Shown here in pieces: positions 32,520-42,284 of a stretch of 64,000 bases of DNA; the stretch's first letter is position 1; every line of letters starts with the position of its first letter. Both the position numbers and the translations under genes were made by a program. This DNA comes from Thermoanaerobaculia bacterium. GTDB lineage: Bacteria; Acidobacteriota; Thermoanaerobaculia; Gp7-AA8. The notes under the pieces are model-generated. The model saw nothing but the letters and a program-made list of their open reading frames with translations. It did not search any database and was not told the origin of the DNA. The stretch covers positions 69,423 to 133,422 of the forward strand of contig DASPHZ010000002.1 in assembly GCA_035629395.1 (NCBI GenBank). The letters run 5' to 3'.

Positions 32520-35500
32520 ATGAAAATCACCCAGGTCTGCATCGAAAAACCGGTCTTCGCGTGGATGATCATGCTTGCTACCGTCGTCTTCGGCGGGGTG
32601 GCGGCGACGCGGATCGGGATCTCGCAGTTTCCGGACGTCGACTTTCCCACCATCAACGTCAGTGCGGTGTGGGAAGGGGCGGCGCCGGAGGTCATCGAGC
32701 ACGACGTCGTCGAGCCGATCGAAGAGGCGGTCATGCAGGTCGAGGGGGTGCGCAGCGTCACCTCGTCCTCGCGCCAGGGCTCGGGCAGCGTCACGATCGA
32801 GCTCGACCTCGCGCGTAACGTCGACCTCGCGCTGCAGGACGTGCAGACGCGCGTCGCGCAGGTGCAGCGCCGTCTGCCGCGTGACCTCGAGCCGCCCGTG
32901 GTCTCGAAGACCAATCCCGAAGACCAGCCGATCATGTGGATCGGCCTCTCCGGTCCGTACTCGCCGCAGATGCTCGCCGATTACGCGCGCTATCGCGTCA
33001 AGGAAAAACTGCAGACCGTGCCGGGCGTCGGCGAGATCCAGGTCGGCTCGGTCGAGCGCAACATCCGCATCTGGCTCGACTCCGACAAGCTCGACGAGCG
33101 CCGCGTCACCGTGAGCGAAGTCCTCGGCGCGATCGGCCAGCAGCACGTCGAGCTTCCCGCGGGCCGTCTCGAAACCTCCGGCCGCGAAGTGAACGTCCGC
33201 GTCCTCGGCGAGGCGTTCAATCTCGAAGAGTTCCGCCGCCTCGTCGTGAAGAACGTCGAAGGCGCGCCGGTGTATCTCTCCGACGTCGCCATCGTCGAAG
33301 ACGGCTTCGAAGACATCCGCCGCATCTCGCGCGTCAACGGCGAACCGGCGCAGGGCATGGGCGTGCGCAAGCAGCGCGGCTCGAACGCGGTGGCCGTCGC
33401 ACGCGGCGTGAAGGAATCGATCGCCGAGATCCAGAAGACGCTGCCGCCGGGCATGCAGCTCGGCATCAACTTCGACTCGACGCAGTTCATCGAAGAGTCG
33501 GTGCACGAGATCCAGTTCGAGCTGATGCTCTCGGTCATCCTCACCGCCGTCATCTGCTGGCTTTTCCTCGGCTCGCTCGGCGCGACGCTCAACGTCATCC
33601 TCGCGATCCCGATGTCGCTCCTCGGCACGGTCGCGTGCATCTACTTCTTCGGTTTCACGCTCAATACGTTCACGCTCCTCGGACTCGCGCTCGCCGTCGG
33701 CATCGTCGTCGACGACGCGATCATGGTCCTCGAGAACATCTTCCGCCACGCCGAGATGGGCAAAGACCGAAGACGCGCGGCGAGTGAAGGCACGGACGAG
33801 ATCAGCTTCGCGGCACTGGCGGCGACGCTCGCGGTGTGCGCGATCTTCCTCCCCGTCGTCTTCATGAAGGGGATCATCGGCAAGTTCTTTCTGCAGTTCG
33901 GCGTGACGCTGTGCGTGGCCGTGCTGCTGTCGTACGTCGAAGCGATCACGCTCGCGCCCGCGCGCTCCGCGCAGATGCTCAACGCCGGAGCGGAACGCCA
34001 GTCGAAGCTCGGCCACTTCGTCGACAAAGCATTCGACAAGCTTGCCGCCGCGTACGGCCGCGTGCTGGCAATGGGCCTGAAGCGGCCGGTCGCGGTGCTG
34101 ATCGCCGCGTTGCTCGTGTTCGCGGCGTCGCTGTACGTGTTCAAGAAACTGCCGAGCGAGTTCGTGCCGTCGCAGGATCAGAGCCGTCTCATGATCCGCC
34201 TGCAGACCGCGGTCGGCTCCGACATCACCGAAACGGACCGCGTGTTCCAGCGCGCCGAGCAGTACCTCCTGCAGCAGAAGGAAGTCGTGCGCGTGTTCGG
34301 CAGCGTCGGCGGATTCGGCGGTGGTGGCGGCAGCGTGAACAGCGGCATCCTCTTCGTCACGATGATCCCGCCGGACGAGCGCGTGTCGCAGCAGGAGTTC
34401 GCGACCCGCATCCGCAAGGAGCTCAACTCCTATCCCGGCGTGCGCGCGGTCGTGCAGGACCTCTCGCAGCAGGGCTTCACCGCGCAGCGCGGGTTCCCGA
34501 TCGAGTTTTCCGTGCGCGGTCCGGAGTGGGAGAAGCTGACCGAGCTTTCGAACGACATGCGCGAGAAGCTCGCCGCGAGCGGCTTCGCGACGGACGTCGA
34601 CACGGATTACCAGGTCGGCATGCCCGAGCTGCGCATCGTTCCCGATCGCGACCGCGCCGCGGACCTCGGCGTCCCCGTCGAGCAGGTCGCGACGTCGATC
34701 AACGCGCTCGTCGGCGGCGTGCGCACCGGCAAGTACTCCTCGGGCGGACGCCGCATCGACGTCCGTACGCGCCTGCTGGCGAAGCAGCGCACGCGCCCCG
34801 AGGACTTGTCCCGGCTGCGGGTGCGGACGGCTTCGGGGGATCTCATTCCGATGTCCGCACTGGTGAAAGAAGAAGAGCGCCCCGCGTTGCAGTCGGTGAC
34901 GCGCCGCGACCGCGAGCGCGCGATCTCGATCTACGGCAACGTCGCGCCCGGCAAATCGCAGAACGAAGCGCTGGCCTTCGTCGAACAGATCAGCAAAGAC
35001 CTGCCGCCCGGCTACCGCGCGGTGCTCGGCGGCTCGTCGGTCGCGTTCCGTGAATCGATGGGCCAGCTCATGTTCGCGCTCGTCCTCGGCGTGATCGTCG
35101 CGTACATGGTCCTCGCGTCGCAGTTCAATTCGTTCCTGCATCCCGTGACCGTGCTCTCGATCCTGCCGCTCTCGATCGCGGGCGCGGCGTTCGCGCTGCT
35201 CGTGACGGGGAAGACGCTGAACATCTTCTCGATGATCGGCCTGCTGCTGCTGATGGGCATCGCCAAGAAAAACTCGATCATCCTCGTCGACTACGCGGTG
35301 CAGAAGCAGGGGGAAGGCGCGACCGCGCACGAAGCGATGCTGAAAGCGGGGCCGGTGCGCTTGCGTCCGATTCTCATGACTTCGCTCGCGACGATGATGG
35401 CCGCCATTCCGCCGGCACTCGCGCTCGGCCCCGGCGCGGAAACGCGCGGACCGATGGCGGTGGCGATCATCGGCGGTCTCGTGATCTCGACCGCGCTCTC

Positions 35501-35615
35501 GCTGCTCGTCGTGCCGGCGTTCTTCGTCGTCGCCGACCGCATCAAGACCAGGCTCGGCGAAGTGTTCGCGCGCCGCCACGAAGACGAGCCGGAAGAGGCG
35601 ACGGCCCACGGATGA
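32520..35615 (+). CDS. RND efflux permease (AcrB/MdtB family)
   Basis: FPDVDFP, GIVVDDAIMVLENI, RLRPILMT; 1031 aa. Confidence 0.96.
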   Translation: MKITQVCIEKPVFAWMIMLATVVFGGVAATRIGISQFPDVDFPTINVSAVWEGAAPEVIEHDVVEPIEEAVMQVEGVRSVTSSSRQGSGSVTIELDLARNVDLALQDVQTRVAQVQRRLPRDLEPPVVSKTNPEDQPIMWIGLSGPYSPQMLADYARYRVKEKLQTVPGVGEIQVGSVERNIRIWLDSDKLDERRVTVSEVLGAIGQQHVELPAGRLETSGREVNVRVLGEAFNLEEFRRLVVKNVEGAPVYLSDVAIVEDGFEDIRRISRVNGEPAQGMGVRKQRGSNAVAVARGVKESIAEIQKTLPPGMQLGINFDSTQFIEESVHEIQFELMLSVILTAVICWLFLGSLGATLNVILAIPMSLLGTVACIYFFGFTLNTFTLLGLALAVGIVVDDAIMVLENIFRHAEMGKDRRRAASEGTDEISFAALAATLAVCAIFLPVVFMKGIIGKFFLQFGVTLCVAVLLSYVEAITLAPARSAQMLNAGAERQSKLGHFVDKAFDKLAAAYGRVLAMGLKRPVAVLIAALLVFAASLYVFKKLPSEFVPSQDQSRLMIRLQTAVGSDITETDRVFQRAEQYLLQQKEVVRVFGSVGGFGGGGGSVNSGILFVTMIPPDERVSQQEFATRIRKELNSYPGVRAVVQDLSQQGFTAQRGFPIEFSVRGPEWEKLTELSNDMREKLAASGFATDVDTDYQVGMPELRIVPDRDRAADLGVPVEQVATSINALVGGVRTGKYSSGGRRIDVRTRLLAKQRTRPEDLSRLRVRTASGDLIPMSALVKEEERPALQSVTRRDRERAISIYGNVAPGKSQNEALAFVEQISKDLPPGYRAVLGGSSVAFRESMGQLMFALVLGVIVAYMVLASQFNSFLHPVTVLSILPLSIAGAAFALLVTGKTLNIFSMIGLLLLMGIAKKNSIILVDYAVQKQGEGATAHEAMLKAGPVRLRPILMTSLATMMAAIPPALALGPGAETRGPMAVAIIGGLVISTALSLLVVPAFFVVADRIKTRLGEVFARRHEDEPEEATAHG

Positions 35616-36172
35616 CACGCATTCTGCTGCTTCTCCTTCTCGCGTTTCCTGTCGCCGCGCAGTCGCTCGGAAAAGTGGTGGAGGGGGCGAAGCGGCAGGT
35701 CGGCGTCACGCGCTCGTACGATCCCGCGTACCGCCGGCTCGCCTATCCCAACGGCGATGTGCCGCTGCACACGGGCGTCTGCACGGACGTGGTCATTCGC
35801 GCGTACCGGCACGCGGGCGTCGACCTGCAGGTGCTCGTGCACGAGGACATGAAGCGCAACTTCTCCGCGTACCCGAAGAACTGGGGACTGCGCACGACGG
35901 ACCGCAATATCGATCACCGCCGCGTGCCGAATCTCGCCACGTTCTTCAAACGCAAAGGCGCCTCGCTGCGCGTGACGAAGAACGCACGCGACTACCGCGC
36001 GGGCGACGTCGTGACGTGGCGACTGGCCTCCGGCGTGCCGCACATCGGCATCGTGTCCGACGTCGTGCGCCGCGGCCGGCCGCTGGTCGTCCACAACATC
36101 GGCTCGGGCGCGCAGCACGAGGACGTGCTCTTCGCGTACGAGGTGACGGGCCACTACCGCTTCGGACGGTAG
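35612..36172 (+). CDS. DUF1287 (YijF-like) exported protein
   Basis: YDPAYRRLAYPNGDVP, GVCTDVVIRAYR, NIDHRRVPNL, HIGIVS. Confidence 0.9.
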   Translation: MTRILLLLLLAFPVAAQSLGKVVEGAKRQVGVTRSYDPAYRRLAYPNGDVPLHTGVCTDVVIRAYRHAGVDLQVLVHEDMKRNFSAYPKNWGLRTTDRNIDHRRVPNLATFFKRKGASLRVTKNARDYRAGDVVTWRLASGVPHIGIVSDVVRRGRPLVVHNIGSGAQHEDVLFAYEVTGHYRFGR

Positions 36173-36199
36173 GTACGCCGGCGCTCCGCGGCGCGGGCA

Positions 36200-36961
36200 C
36201 TACCGTTTCGGCCGGTACCCGGTGACGAACGCGCCGATGGCGCGGTTCACTTCCTCCGCCTTTTCCACGTTCGCGAGGTGCGCCGCTCCCGGAATGCGCA
36301 CCACGCGCGCCTGCGGCATCGCCTGCGCCATGCGCTCGGCGTCGCTCGGCGGGGTGATCGTGTCTTCCTCTCCGACGACGATCAGCGTCGGCACGTCGAT
36401 CGCCGGCAGCACGGCCGATGAATCGGCGCGCTCCGCCATCGCCTTCAGTGCGGCGATCATTCCTTCCGCCGAAGACGAAGTCATGATCTCGCGAACGCGA
36501 TCCTTCAGCTCCCGCGGCGCGGCGGCCGTCAGCATCTTCGGCAGCATCGCATCCGCGATCGGCTGCACGCCCTCGCGCTGCACTTTCTCGATCGACTCGT
36601 AGCGGCCTTTGCGCGCTTCCGGCGTGTCGGGCGTTTCGCGCGTGTCGAGGAGGATCAGGCCGCGCAGGCGATGCGGTGCGAGCCGGGCCGCGGCGAGACA
36701 GATGTAGCCGCCCATCGAAAGTCCGGCGAAGATCGCCTGATCGAGTCCGCGCTGATCGAGCACTTCGAGGAGGATGCGCGCGTAGTCGTCGATCGTGACG
36801 TCGCCCACGTTCGCACGCGACTGCCCGAAGCCCGGCAGGTCCGGCATGATGTGCCGGATCCCGCGAATCGCGAGCTGCTGCTCGAACACGCTCGACGCGA
36901 GCGGATAGCCGTGGACCCACAGAACCGGAATGCCTTCGCCGAGGTCGGTGACGTTGAGCAT
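36200..36961 (-). CDS. Alpha/beta hydrolase
   Basis: HGYP, PDLPGFG, GLSMGG nucleophile elbow, GEED, AAH. Confidence 0.9.
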   Translation of the reverse strand: MLNVTDLGEGIPVLWVHGYPLASSVFEQQLAIRGIRHIMPDLPGFGQSRANVGDVTIDDYARILLEVLDQRGLDQAIFAGLSMGGYICLAAARLAPHRLRGLILLDTRETPDTPEARKGRYESIEKVQREGVQPIADAMLPKMLTAAAPRELKDRVREIMTSSSAEGMIAALKAMAERADSSAVLPAIDVPTLIVVGEEDTITPPSDAERMAQAMPQARVVRIPGAAHLANVEKAEEVNRAIGAFVTGYRPKR

Positions 36962-37020
36962 GCGGGAAGCATAGCGAAGGAATGAAGGTCTACGCGCGCG
37001 GAGTGTGAGACCCTGCGCGC

Positions 37021-38448
37021 GTGACGCTCGACCTCGTCATCATCGTCGCGTACATCGCCGCCGTCCTCGCCGCGGGCGTCTGGTTCGGGCGGCGGCAGAA
37101 AACGACGCGGCAGTACTTTTTAGCGGGGCAGGACGTGCCGTGGTGGGCGATCGCGGCGTCGATCGTAGCCACCGAGACGTCGACCATCAGCTTCATCTCC
37201 GTGCCCGGCATCGCCTGGGCCGCCGGCGGGGATTTTCGTTTCCTGCAAGTGGTCCTCGGCTACGTCGTCGCGCGCCTGATCATCGGCACGATCTTCATGC
37301 CGTGGTATTTCCGCGGCGAGCTCGTGACGGTGTACGAGCTGCTGCAGACGCGCTTCGGCCCCTCCGTGAAGGCGCTCGCGGCGTCGCTGTTCGTGGGGAT
37401 GCGCACCATCGCCGACGGCGTGCGCCTGCTGCTCACCGCGTACGTGATCGTGGCGCTGTTGCCCGCACTCGACGTGACGACGTCCATCCTCGCCCTCGGC
37501 GTGATCATGATCGTCTTCTCGCTCATCGGCGGCATCGAAGCCATCGTCTGGATCGAGGTCGTGCAGCTCGCGATCTACGTCGGCGGCGCGGTCGCGGCGA
37601 TGCTCGTGCTGCTCGACGTCACCGGATTCGAGCCCGCCATCGCGGCAGGTGTGGCGGCGCAGAAGTTCCGCGTCTTCGATTTCGGCTTCGACCTGACGAA
37701 GGTCTACACGTTCTGGTCGGGACTCATCGGCGGCACGTTCCTCACGCTGTCGACGCACGGAACCGACCAGTACATGGTGCAGCGCTACCTCTGCACCGAC
37801 CGTCCCGCCAGTGCATCGAAAGCGGTGATCGTCTCCGGCGTGGTGGTGTTCGTGCAGTTCGTGATGTTCCTGTTCATCGGCGTGCTGCTGTTCGTGTTCT
37901 ACGGTGCGAACGCGCCCGTGACCGCGTCCGATCAGATCTTCCCGCACTTCATCGCCAACCATCTGCCGGCGGGACTGTCGGGACTCGTGGTGGCGGCGAT
38001 TCTCGCGGCGGCCATGTCGTCGTCGCTCAATGCGATCGCGGCGACGATCGTCGCGGACCTGATGCGCACACGCGACGACGCGCACGCCATGCGCCTCTCG
38101 CGCGTGCTCACCGTGATCGCGGGGGTCGCGCAGGTGGCGGTCGGCGTCGCGATGCAGCACACGCAGCGCTCGGCCCTCGGCGTCGCGCTGTCGATTGCCT
38201 CGCTCATCAACGGTCCGATCCTCGGCGTCTTCTTCCTCGGCGCGACGAAACGCGCCCGCACACCCGCGGCGCTGGCGGGGATGGTGGCGGGATTGCTCGC
38301 GGTGGCGCTCGTCGCGTTCACGACGAAAGTGGCGTGGCCGTGGTTCGCGGTGGTGGGGTCGGTGACGACGTTCTGCGTCGGTATGATCGCGTCGTGGATG
38401 ACATCGGACAGCTCTTCGTCGTCGACGCCCGCGGCGGATGCAACGTAG
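37021..38448 (+). CDS. Sodium:solute symporter (SSS family)
   Basis: YFLAG, ATETSTISFISVPG, GTDQYMVQRYL, AAAMSS; many TMs. Confidence 0.92.
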   Translation: MTLDLVIIVAYIAAVLAAGVWFGRRQKTTRQYFLAGQDVPWWAIAASIVATETSTISFISVPGIAWAAGGDFRFLQVVLGYVVARLIIGTIFMPWYFRGELVTVYELLQTRFGPSVKALAASLFVGMRTIADGVRLLLTAYVIVALLPALDVTTSILALGVIMIVFSLIGGIEAIVWIEVVQLAIYVGGAVAAMLVLLDVTGFEPAIAAGVAAQKFRVFDFGFDLTKVYTFWSGLIGGTFLTLSTHGTDQYMVQRYLCTDRPASASKAVIVSGVVVFVQFVMFLFIGVLLFVFYGANAPVTASDQIFPHFIANHLPAGLSGLVVAAILAAAMSSSLNAIAATIVADLMRTRDDAHAMRLSRVLTVIAGVAQVAVGVAMQHTQRSALGVALSIASLINGPILGVFFLGATKRARTPAALAGMVAGLLAVALVAFTTKVAWPWFAVVGSVTTFCVGMIASWMTSDSSSSSTPAADAT

Positions 38449-39803
38449 CGGAGCTCGAGCGGCACGTTCGCGAGAATCACATCGGCGGCATCATCTGGTT
38501 CGCGGCGGACTCGCGTGAAGTCGCGACGATCAACGCGCACCTGCAGTCGATCGCGCAGACGCCGCTGCTGATCAGCGCCGATCTCGAGGCGGGGGCGGGC
38601 ATGCGCTTTCCCGATCTCGACTGGTGGCCTCCGGCGATGGCGATCGCCGCGACGGGCGATCCGTCGCTCGCGGAGGAGATGGGTCGCGAGACCGCACGCG
38701 CCGCGCTGGCGATCGGCGTCGATCACGTGCTCGCGCCGGTCGCCGACGTGAACGTCGATCCGCGCAACCCGGTGATCAACACGCGCAGCTTCGGCGAGGA
38801 TCCGCATGAGGTGGCGCGCTATGTCGCGGCATTCGTACGCGGCGTGCAGAGCGAAGGCGCGCTCGCGTGTGCGAAGCATTTCCCCGGACACGGCGACACG
38901 CACATCGACTCGCACCGTGCGTTGCCGGTGCTCGAGGTCACGCGCGAGCGGCTCGAGCAGATCGAGCTCGTGCCGTTTCGTGCGGCCATCGAGGCAGGCG
39001 TGGCCTCGGTGATGGTGGGACATCTCGCGGTGCCTGCGATCGACGACACGCCGGTGCCGGTGCGCGCGTCGTTCGAGAACGCGTATGCCATCGAGCACGA
39101 AGAGGTGACGCGCGGCGGGACGATGCCGGCGACGTTGTCGCGCCGCGTGATCGATCTGTTGCGGCGCGATCTCGCGTATGACGGGCTGGTCGTCACCGAT
39201 GCGATGGACATGGGCGGGCTGGCCGCGCATTTCGATCCGGGCGAGGCGGCGGTGCGAGCGCTCGAGGCGGGGTGCGATCAGGTGTTGTTTTCGCCCGATC
39301 CGGATGCGGCGATTGCGGCGGTGCGGCTCGCGGTGCAGACGGGTCGCATCGAGATCGAGGATGCGTTGAGAAGGGTCCGCGCGGCGAAGGAGCGGCGGCG
39401 GGACGCCAGCGCTCCGCGTCGTGCGGCGGAGCGGGCGGTGCGCGTCGTGCGCGATACGAACCACCTGCTGCCGCTGCGCAGCAGCGTGTGCGTGATCGCG
39501 GTGAGTCCGCACGACGATCCGCTCGACGACGCGCTCCACGCGCTGCCGCCGAGTCGCGACGATGGTGAGGTGATCGTGTTGTTGCTGGCGCTGCGGCCGA
39601 AATCAGGAGCGGGGCCGATCGTGGTGCCGGAGGAGATCAAGCGCATCGCGCGCGAGCATCCGCAGCGCACCATCGCCATCTCCTTCGGCAGCCCCTACAT
39701 CCTCGCCGAGCTCGGCGAGGTCAGCACGTTCGTTTGTGCGTGGGGCGTGCAGCCGGTGCTGCAGCGCGCGGCGATCGCGCGCGTGAAGGAGGGCAGGCCG
39801 TAG
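38394..39803 (+). CDS. GH3 beta-N-acetylhexosaminidase (NagZ-like)
   Basis: ADLEAG, APVADVN, RSFGEDP, KHFPGHGDTHIDSH, TDAMDM; GTG start overlapping symporter end (approximate). Confidence 0.9.
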   Translation: MDDIGQLFVVDARGGCNVAELERHVRENHIGGIIWFAADSREVATINAHLQSIAQTPLLISADLEAGAGMRFPDLDWWPPAMAIAATGDPSLAEEMGRETARAALAIGVDHVLAPVADVNVDPRNPVINTRSFGEDPHEVARYVAAFVRGVQSEGALACAKHFPGHGDTHIDSHRALPVLEVTRERLEQIELVPFRAAIEAGVASVMVGHLAVPAIDDTPVPVRASFENAYAIEHEEVTRGGTMPATLSRRVIDLLRRDLAYDGLVVTDAMDMGGLAAHFDPGEAAVRALEAGCDQVLFSPDPDAAIAAVRLAVQTGRIEIEDALRRVRAAKERRRDASAPRRAAERAVRVVRDTNHLLPLRSSVCVIAVSPHDDPLDDALHALPPSRDDGEVIVLLLALRPKSGAGPIVVPEEIKRIAREHPQRTIAISFGSPYILAELGEVSTFVCAWGVQPVLQRAAIARVKEGRP

Positions 39804-39813
39804 CGGCCTGCCC
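39791..39813. terminator. Hairpin with the GH3 TAG stop as loop, between convergent genes
   Basis: GGGCAGGCCG-TAG-CGGCCTGCCC. Confidence 0.45.
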
Positions 39814-39825
39814 CCGGAACGTCAC

Positions 39826-41667
39826 TTAGTTCTTCGCGGCGCAGGACTGGATCGCGCCGTGCTCGGCGCCCGAGATCAGTCCGAGCTTCTTCGCTTCGTT
39901 CGTGATCGCGGAGACCTGCGACACGAAGTCGCCGTGGTTCTTCGCCACGATCGCGCCGATGCGGTCCATCAGCGTCGCGCCGTTCGGCATCACGGCGTTC
40001 GACGCATTCGAGTTGCACGTGCCGATCGTCACCGTCGCCTGCATGTTCGAGTGCGGGTACGCGTCGTTGGCGTCGGCCACGCCGTCGTTGTCGTCGTCGG
40101 CGTCGCACGCATCGCCCTGCGCGTCGCCGTCGTAGTTCGCCTGGTCGGCGTTCGCGGCGGCCGGGCAATTGTCGTCACCGTCTTCGACGAGATCGACGTC
40201 CGCATCCGGGTACCAGCCCACGTCACGGAGCTGCGCGAGCGTGAGGTCTTCCGGAGCCTTGACGCTGTGCGTCAGGTTGCCGGTGATGTTCGGCTCCATG
40301 AGCACGTTGCGGAACGACGACACGTCGAAGTGCGACGTCGACGAGCCGCCGATGAACGGATTCGGCGCATACAGCAGCACGCGGCCCGCGCTGTCCATGC
40401 CGCGGCGGACCGAGTTCGGATCGCCGCCGATGGTCACGTTGACCGTGCCGGCGAGGAGAGCGTTGCGGACGACGTCGCCCGTGGCCAGCGTCACGCGTCC
40501 CGCGGGGATCGTGATCGCGAGGTCGAACGGACGGTTGCCGGAGCCGGCCATGTCGATCGCCGGACCGGCCGCGTTGTCGGCGATGACGACGCCGATCGCG
40601 CCCGCGACCTGCGCGTTCATCACCTTGATCGCGAAGCCGCACGTGCCGCGGTTCATGAACGCGATCTTGCCCTGGACGTCGTTGAGGATCGCGGTGCAGC
40701 CGTCGGTGGTCAACGGTCCGGCCGCGTTGGCCGCGTCGATCGCGGCGACGAGCTCTCCGGCGAGGCCGGGGAAGTCGAGACGCGCGCCGAATTCGGCGCC
40801 GCCCATCGCGTAGTTGCCGGTGCCCGGCGCCGAGGTGATCGAGAACTGCGGCACGAGATCGAGCACGCCCGGCGCCTCGGCCATCACGGTCGCGCCGGCC
40901 CACGAGAGGTTGCCCGTGTTCACGCGCGAAGCGAGTCGCTGCGCGGCGCTCATCTGATCCCAGTACATGTTCAGCGTGCGGTCGAAGATGCGCTTCTGGT
41001 AGACGTCCGGCCACGGGAAGGTGGGGAAGCCGAGGTTCTGGCCGTTCGTGCGGTTGACGAAGGTCGAGAAGCCGAGGCCGTGCGCGAACTCGTGCAGGAG
41101 CACGGCGACGAGGTTGATGCGCGAGCCGCCGTTCGGCGCGGGCGTCTGGTTCGTGTCGAAGCCGTAGTACCAGCCGCCCGAGCTCTGCAGGCAGCCCGGC
41201 GTGCCGATGTTGGCGTTGAAGCTCGCGGCGAGGTCGACCTCGTCCGCACCGTCCGGATTGCCGACCGGCGCGATGTCGTAGCCGGCCTGCTTACTCGCGA
41301 TCGCCACGTGATACCAGGTGTCGATCTCGCGGATGTTGTCCGTGTTCGCCCAGATGCTGCGCGCGCCGGCGGAGCCGAGCGTCGCGGACGTCGCGGTGCA
41401 ACTGAGGGGGCCGAAGTTCGCGCGGACGCGAATGGGAACGGCGCTGTCGATCGTGGCGCCCCAGATGCTCGCGGCGTAGTAGAAGGCGTTGATGCGCTGC
41501 TGGCCGAGGGTGGTGCCGGGGTTGCCGCCGACCGGCGCGGCGGGCGTCGGGTCATTGAAGCCGATGCCGGGAGGATCGTTGTTGACGATGACGATGTTCG
41601 CGTTCGCGAACGCGGTTACCGGCACGAGCAGGGCGGCGAAAAGAGCGAGCGCTTTGAACGTTTTCAT
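39826..41667 (-). CDS. Secreted zinc metalloprotease with PA domain and thrombospondin type-3 repeats
   Basis: Signal peptide; LLHEFAHGLGF; GKIAFMNRGTCGF (PA); DNCP...NADQANYDGDAQGDACD. Confidence 0.9.
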   Translation of the reverse strand: MKTFKALALFAALLVPVTAFANANIVIVNNDPPGIGFNDPTPAAPVGGNPGTTLGQQRINAFYYAASIWGATIDSAVPIRVRANFGPLSCTATSATLGSAGARSIWANTDNIREIDTWYHVAIASKQAGYDIAPVGNPDGADEVDLAASFNANIGTPGCLQSSGGWYYGFDTNQTPAPNGGSRINLVAVLLHEFAHGLGFSTFVNRTNGQNLGFPTFPWPDVYQKRIFDRTLNMYWDQMSAAQRLASRVNTGNLSWAGATVMAEAPGVLDLVPQFSITSAPGTGNYAMGGAEFGARLDFPGLAGELVAAIDAANAAGPLTTDGCTAILNDVQGKIAFMNRGTCGFAIKVMNAQVAGAIGVVIADNAAGPAIDMAGSGNRPFDLAITIPAGRVTLATGDVVRNALLAGTVNVTIGGDPNSVRRGMDSAGRVLLYAPNPFIGGSSTSHFDVSSFRNVLMEPNITGNLTHSVKAPEDLTLAQLRDVGWYPDADVDLVEDGDDNCPAAANADQANYDGDAQGDACDADDDNDGVADANDAYPHSNMQATVTIGTCNSNASNAVMPNGATLMDRIGAIVAKNHGDFVSQVSAITNEAKKLGLISGAEHGAIQSCAAKN

Positions 41668-41673
41668 CTGCGC

Positions 41674-42069
41674 TTACTCCCTCTCCGCGATGCGGACGCG
41701 CTGCGTCTGCGGCTTGATGCGGAGGACGGTGTCGACCGCCGCGGTCTTCGCCGCGAACGCCGCCGCTTCCGAATGATCGTCCGTGCAGGTGAAGACGAAG
41801 TTGCCTTCGTCATCGGTGCGCACGACGTACATGTGGTCGAAAGACTCGTCGAGTGCGAGTCCGACCGCTTTGCCGCTCGTCAGCACGCGCATGACGCTCG
41901 GACGCGCTTTCGGCGCGAGCGCCTGCATCTCGGCCGCGGTCGGCTGCCGGAGCTGGCCGTTTTCGTCGACCGACACCTGCATGCCGTCGGGCTGTTTGTC
42001 CCGAACTTGTCCGAGAAGCGGTAAGGAGAGAAGACACAACGCGAGAACCAATGGACTCCGCCTGATCAT
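41674..42069 (-). CDS. Small secreted partner of the PA protease (post-PEP-CTERM-1-like)
   Basis: Signal peptide; VDENGQLRQPTAAEMQAL motif; 6 nt upstream of the protease. Confidence 0.7.
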   Translation of the reverse strand: MIRRSPLVLALCLLSLPLLGQVRDKQPDGMQVSVDENGQLRQPTAAEMQALAPKARPSVMRVLTSGKAVGLALDESFDHMYVVRTDDEGNFVFTCTDDHSEAAAFAAKTAAVDTVLRIKPQTQRVRIAERE

Positions 42070-42284
42070 GAGGGCCCCCTGAGAGAGAGGTAAGGGACCG
42101 AATTTCGGCAGCCGGACCGTCGCTGCGCCGACGCGACGCAGGATTCCTGGCTTTGCGCCACCGTCTCGCGACGGTTTTGCCTTTTCGATTCGGTGGTTCA
42201 GTTGTACGGGACGGGGCAGATTTTAGAGACGGCCGGAAGGAAGTCAACTCAAATTGTCTGTCAGCGCTGGCGTAGCATGCCCGC

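Noticed and set aside
32490-35618. 1042-aa antisense ORF (also 53620-56949, 25896-27698, 48146-50596, 11743-14286)
   Set aside because: Shadow ORFs opposite well-supported genes, expected from high-GC codon bias; no motifs.
39395-39420. REP-like half site GGCGGGACGCCAGCGCTCC inside the GH3 gene (similar text near 36175)
   Set aside because: Too short and GC-rich to distinguish from chance without a genome-wide count.
37005-39803. 932-aa ORF as a single gene
   Set aside because: N-terminal half is an alternate frame of the symporter; GH3 homology begins near 38394.
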